Shown piece by piece: positions 62,301-64,000 of a stretch of DNA of 64,000 nucleotides (position 1 is its first letter; each line of letters begins with the position of its first letter). Where the stretch lies: NCBI GenBank assembly GCA_002633005.1, contig NMRA01000617.1, positions 70,367-134,366 on the forward strand, given 5' to 3'. The DNA comes from Phoronis australis. Lineage: Eukaryota > Animalia > Phoronida. The position numbers and the translations under genes are program-made. The notes below the pieces were generated by a model. The model was given only the letters and a program-made list of their open reading frames with translations. It ran no database searches and had not been told where the DNA came from.

Positions 62301-64000
62301 GAGCATTTGAATACCCATATCTGAAGGCGAAACTATCATTAAAAACGCTTATTATTAACAACCAATTTCCGTGTGAAGAAAATTATATTGTCATGGCTAC
62401 GCCCTTTTGTGTTGCGTCAATTGCAATGGAAGATATGGGGGAGATCGGAGATATTTTGCGGCTGTTTACGCTTTAGTACTTTTCAAATTCTTAAACTGTA
62501 GAGGTTTGTGCAGTTTAACTAGAAATTGATTAGTGTTCACTAATTACATTTTGAAAAACTCGATAATATCATCCGTGCTATAACATTTTCAAAATTGGGT
62601 TGCATTTGGGAATGATGTTATGAAAAACTGGAGACCTGTCCCTAGTTACATGAAACAGTCCCAAAGAGGGACTAAATTACGTTTCCTAAATTTACTGCGT
62701 ATACGTGGACTTGTAAAAACACGGATTGTCCTTTCTTGTGGTGTCTTAGTTTCACCCCTAAATCAACTTTTGACTTTGATACAAATCGAGAGTGAACTCC
62801 ACGTTGGATTCTCATGTTTTTCCAACATGTGTAGTCTTTTTATGTAATACGCATAATTTAGTCGCTGTTTATTTTCATTGAACTAAGGGACCAGTTTTGG
62901 GTTATATTATTAGAAAATGTACTTAGTCAAAGAGGATATTAAAATAAAGATAAAGTTAAAGAGAAAATTACAACGGTGATCAAAGAACGACACAAATACA
63001 TAACAAATTTAGGGAACTAAATAAATTTAATTCTCTGTTTGGAACTGTTTCATGCACCAAGCCACTGTGTAATATGACTTCAGTAAAGTATGCTAGTTAT
63101 CCTACCAAACTGGACTTCAAAATTGTTTGTTATGAAAAAAAAAATCAGTTTTGACGTCCAGTTGTAGATGGGACATTTGAATTGTGATGACAAAACTCAA
63201 AAGAGTACTATTTTTGGATAGAGCCTCATGCAAAAAAGGGAACATTTAAGCAAAGTCCTTATATTAGTTGGAGAACATTAGATAAAGAATAGTATTGGAA
63301 AGTTTCATAGGAATGCAATCAGTCATTTCTGAGATAACATGCTCTAAAGTTAGTCAAATTCGGACGTTTTTCTGGGGTCCTACATAATCTTCTATTACAC
63401 GTTTTACGTTACGCTGCGTGTTCACATGAAAGTCCTGTCATGGCAAAAAGTCGAGATTAATTGTGAGCAAGGAAGTGACATAGTTTTGAGTTGTTTTTTT
63501 TTTTGGACTTCTCTACAAGTGGAAATGCGCCTTTAACTTTTGAAATTGAATTGGTGTTAACAGGAATCATTTATCAACTGTACGTTTGTATTGCTATTCA
63601 ATGTTTCTCATGTGCGTGATTACCTGAACTCGGGCCTCTGTTAGGTTGATCCGTAATGCCAGCTCTTCTCTCGTGAACACGTCGGGATAATGCGTCTGTG
63701 CGAACGCCTTCTCCAGTTCTTCGAGCTAATGGGATCATAAAATGAATAAAAAATGTCACTGGGAATATTCGGTTATCGATATAGGCACTCAAAAGGAAAT
63801 GAATGAAACGGTTCCAGAAAAAAGGTTCACACGAAAGTTTGGCGGAGGAGAACACTGAATTACTTTCCATTGGAAACAACCTAGTACGTTATTTGTAATT
63901 TTGATTTCCACGAGTGCTTGCCGTTGGAGAACAAAAACAATTTAAAATTTGTTTTTATTCGACAACGGGAGTGAAAAGAACTTTTCAAAAGCATGAAGTA

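Noticed and set aside
59430-64000. Upstream homeodomain exon (helices 1-2)
   Set aside because: Donor-like sites on the minus strand (e.g. about 60255, 60507) are not preceded by homeodomain sequence; the exon probably lies outside the window.

Overview
AT-rich, intron-rich metazoan (invertebrate-like, possibly lophotrochozoan) genomic DNA. Most ORF-track entries are spurious because the real genes are spliced. Left to right: (1) the 5' part of a minus-strand EF-hand Rab11-FIP3/4-like gene (ATG at 7647) that runs off the left edge. (2) Head-to-head with it, a complete 24-exon CHTF18/Ctf18 gene (8294..49607, 927 aa by my hand-built exon chain, one GC-AG intron). (3) Inside CHTF18 intron 15, a divergently oriented pair of intronless, paralogous small helical proteins of a family I cannot name (24849..25166 minus, 27705..28094 plus); this is the most interesting observation. 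(4) A candidate small secreted-peptide ORF (57837..58097). (5) The last coding exon of a PRD-class Q50 homeobox gene (minus, 59109..59387). The introns carry Harbinger-type MITEs, a truncated LINE, tRNA-derived SINE remnants and Helentron/DINE-like elements with ~150-bp internal repeats bearing CTCF-like motifs. Three near-identical duplications abut single N bases and are probably haplotype assembly artefacts. All calls were made by eye without database searches.
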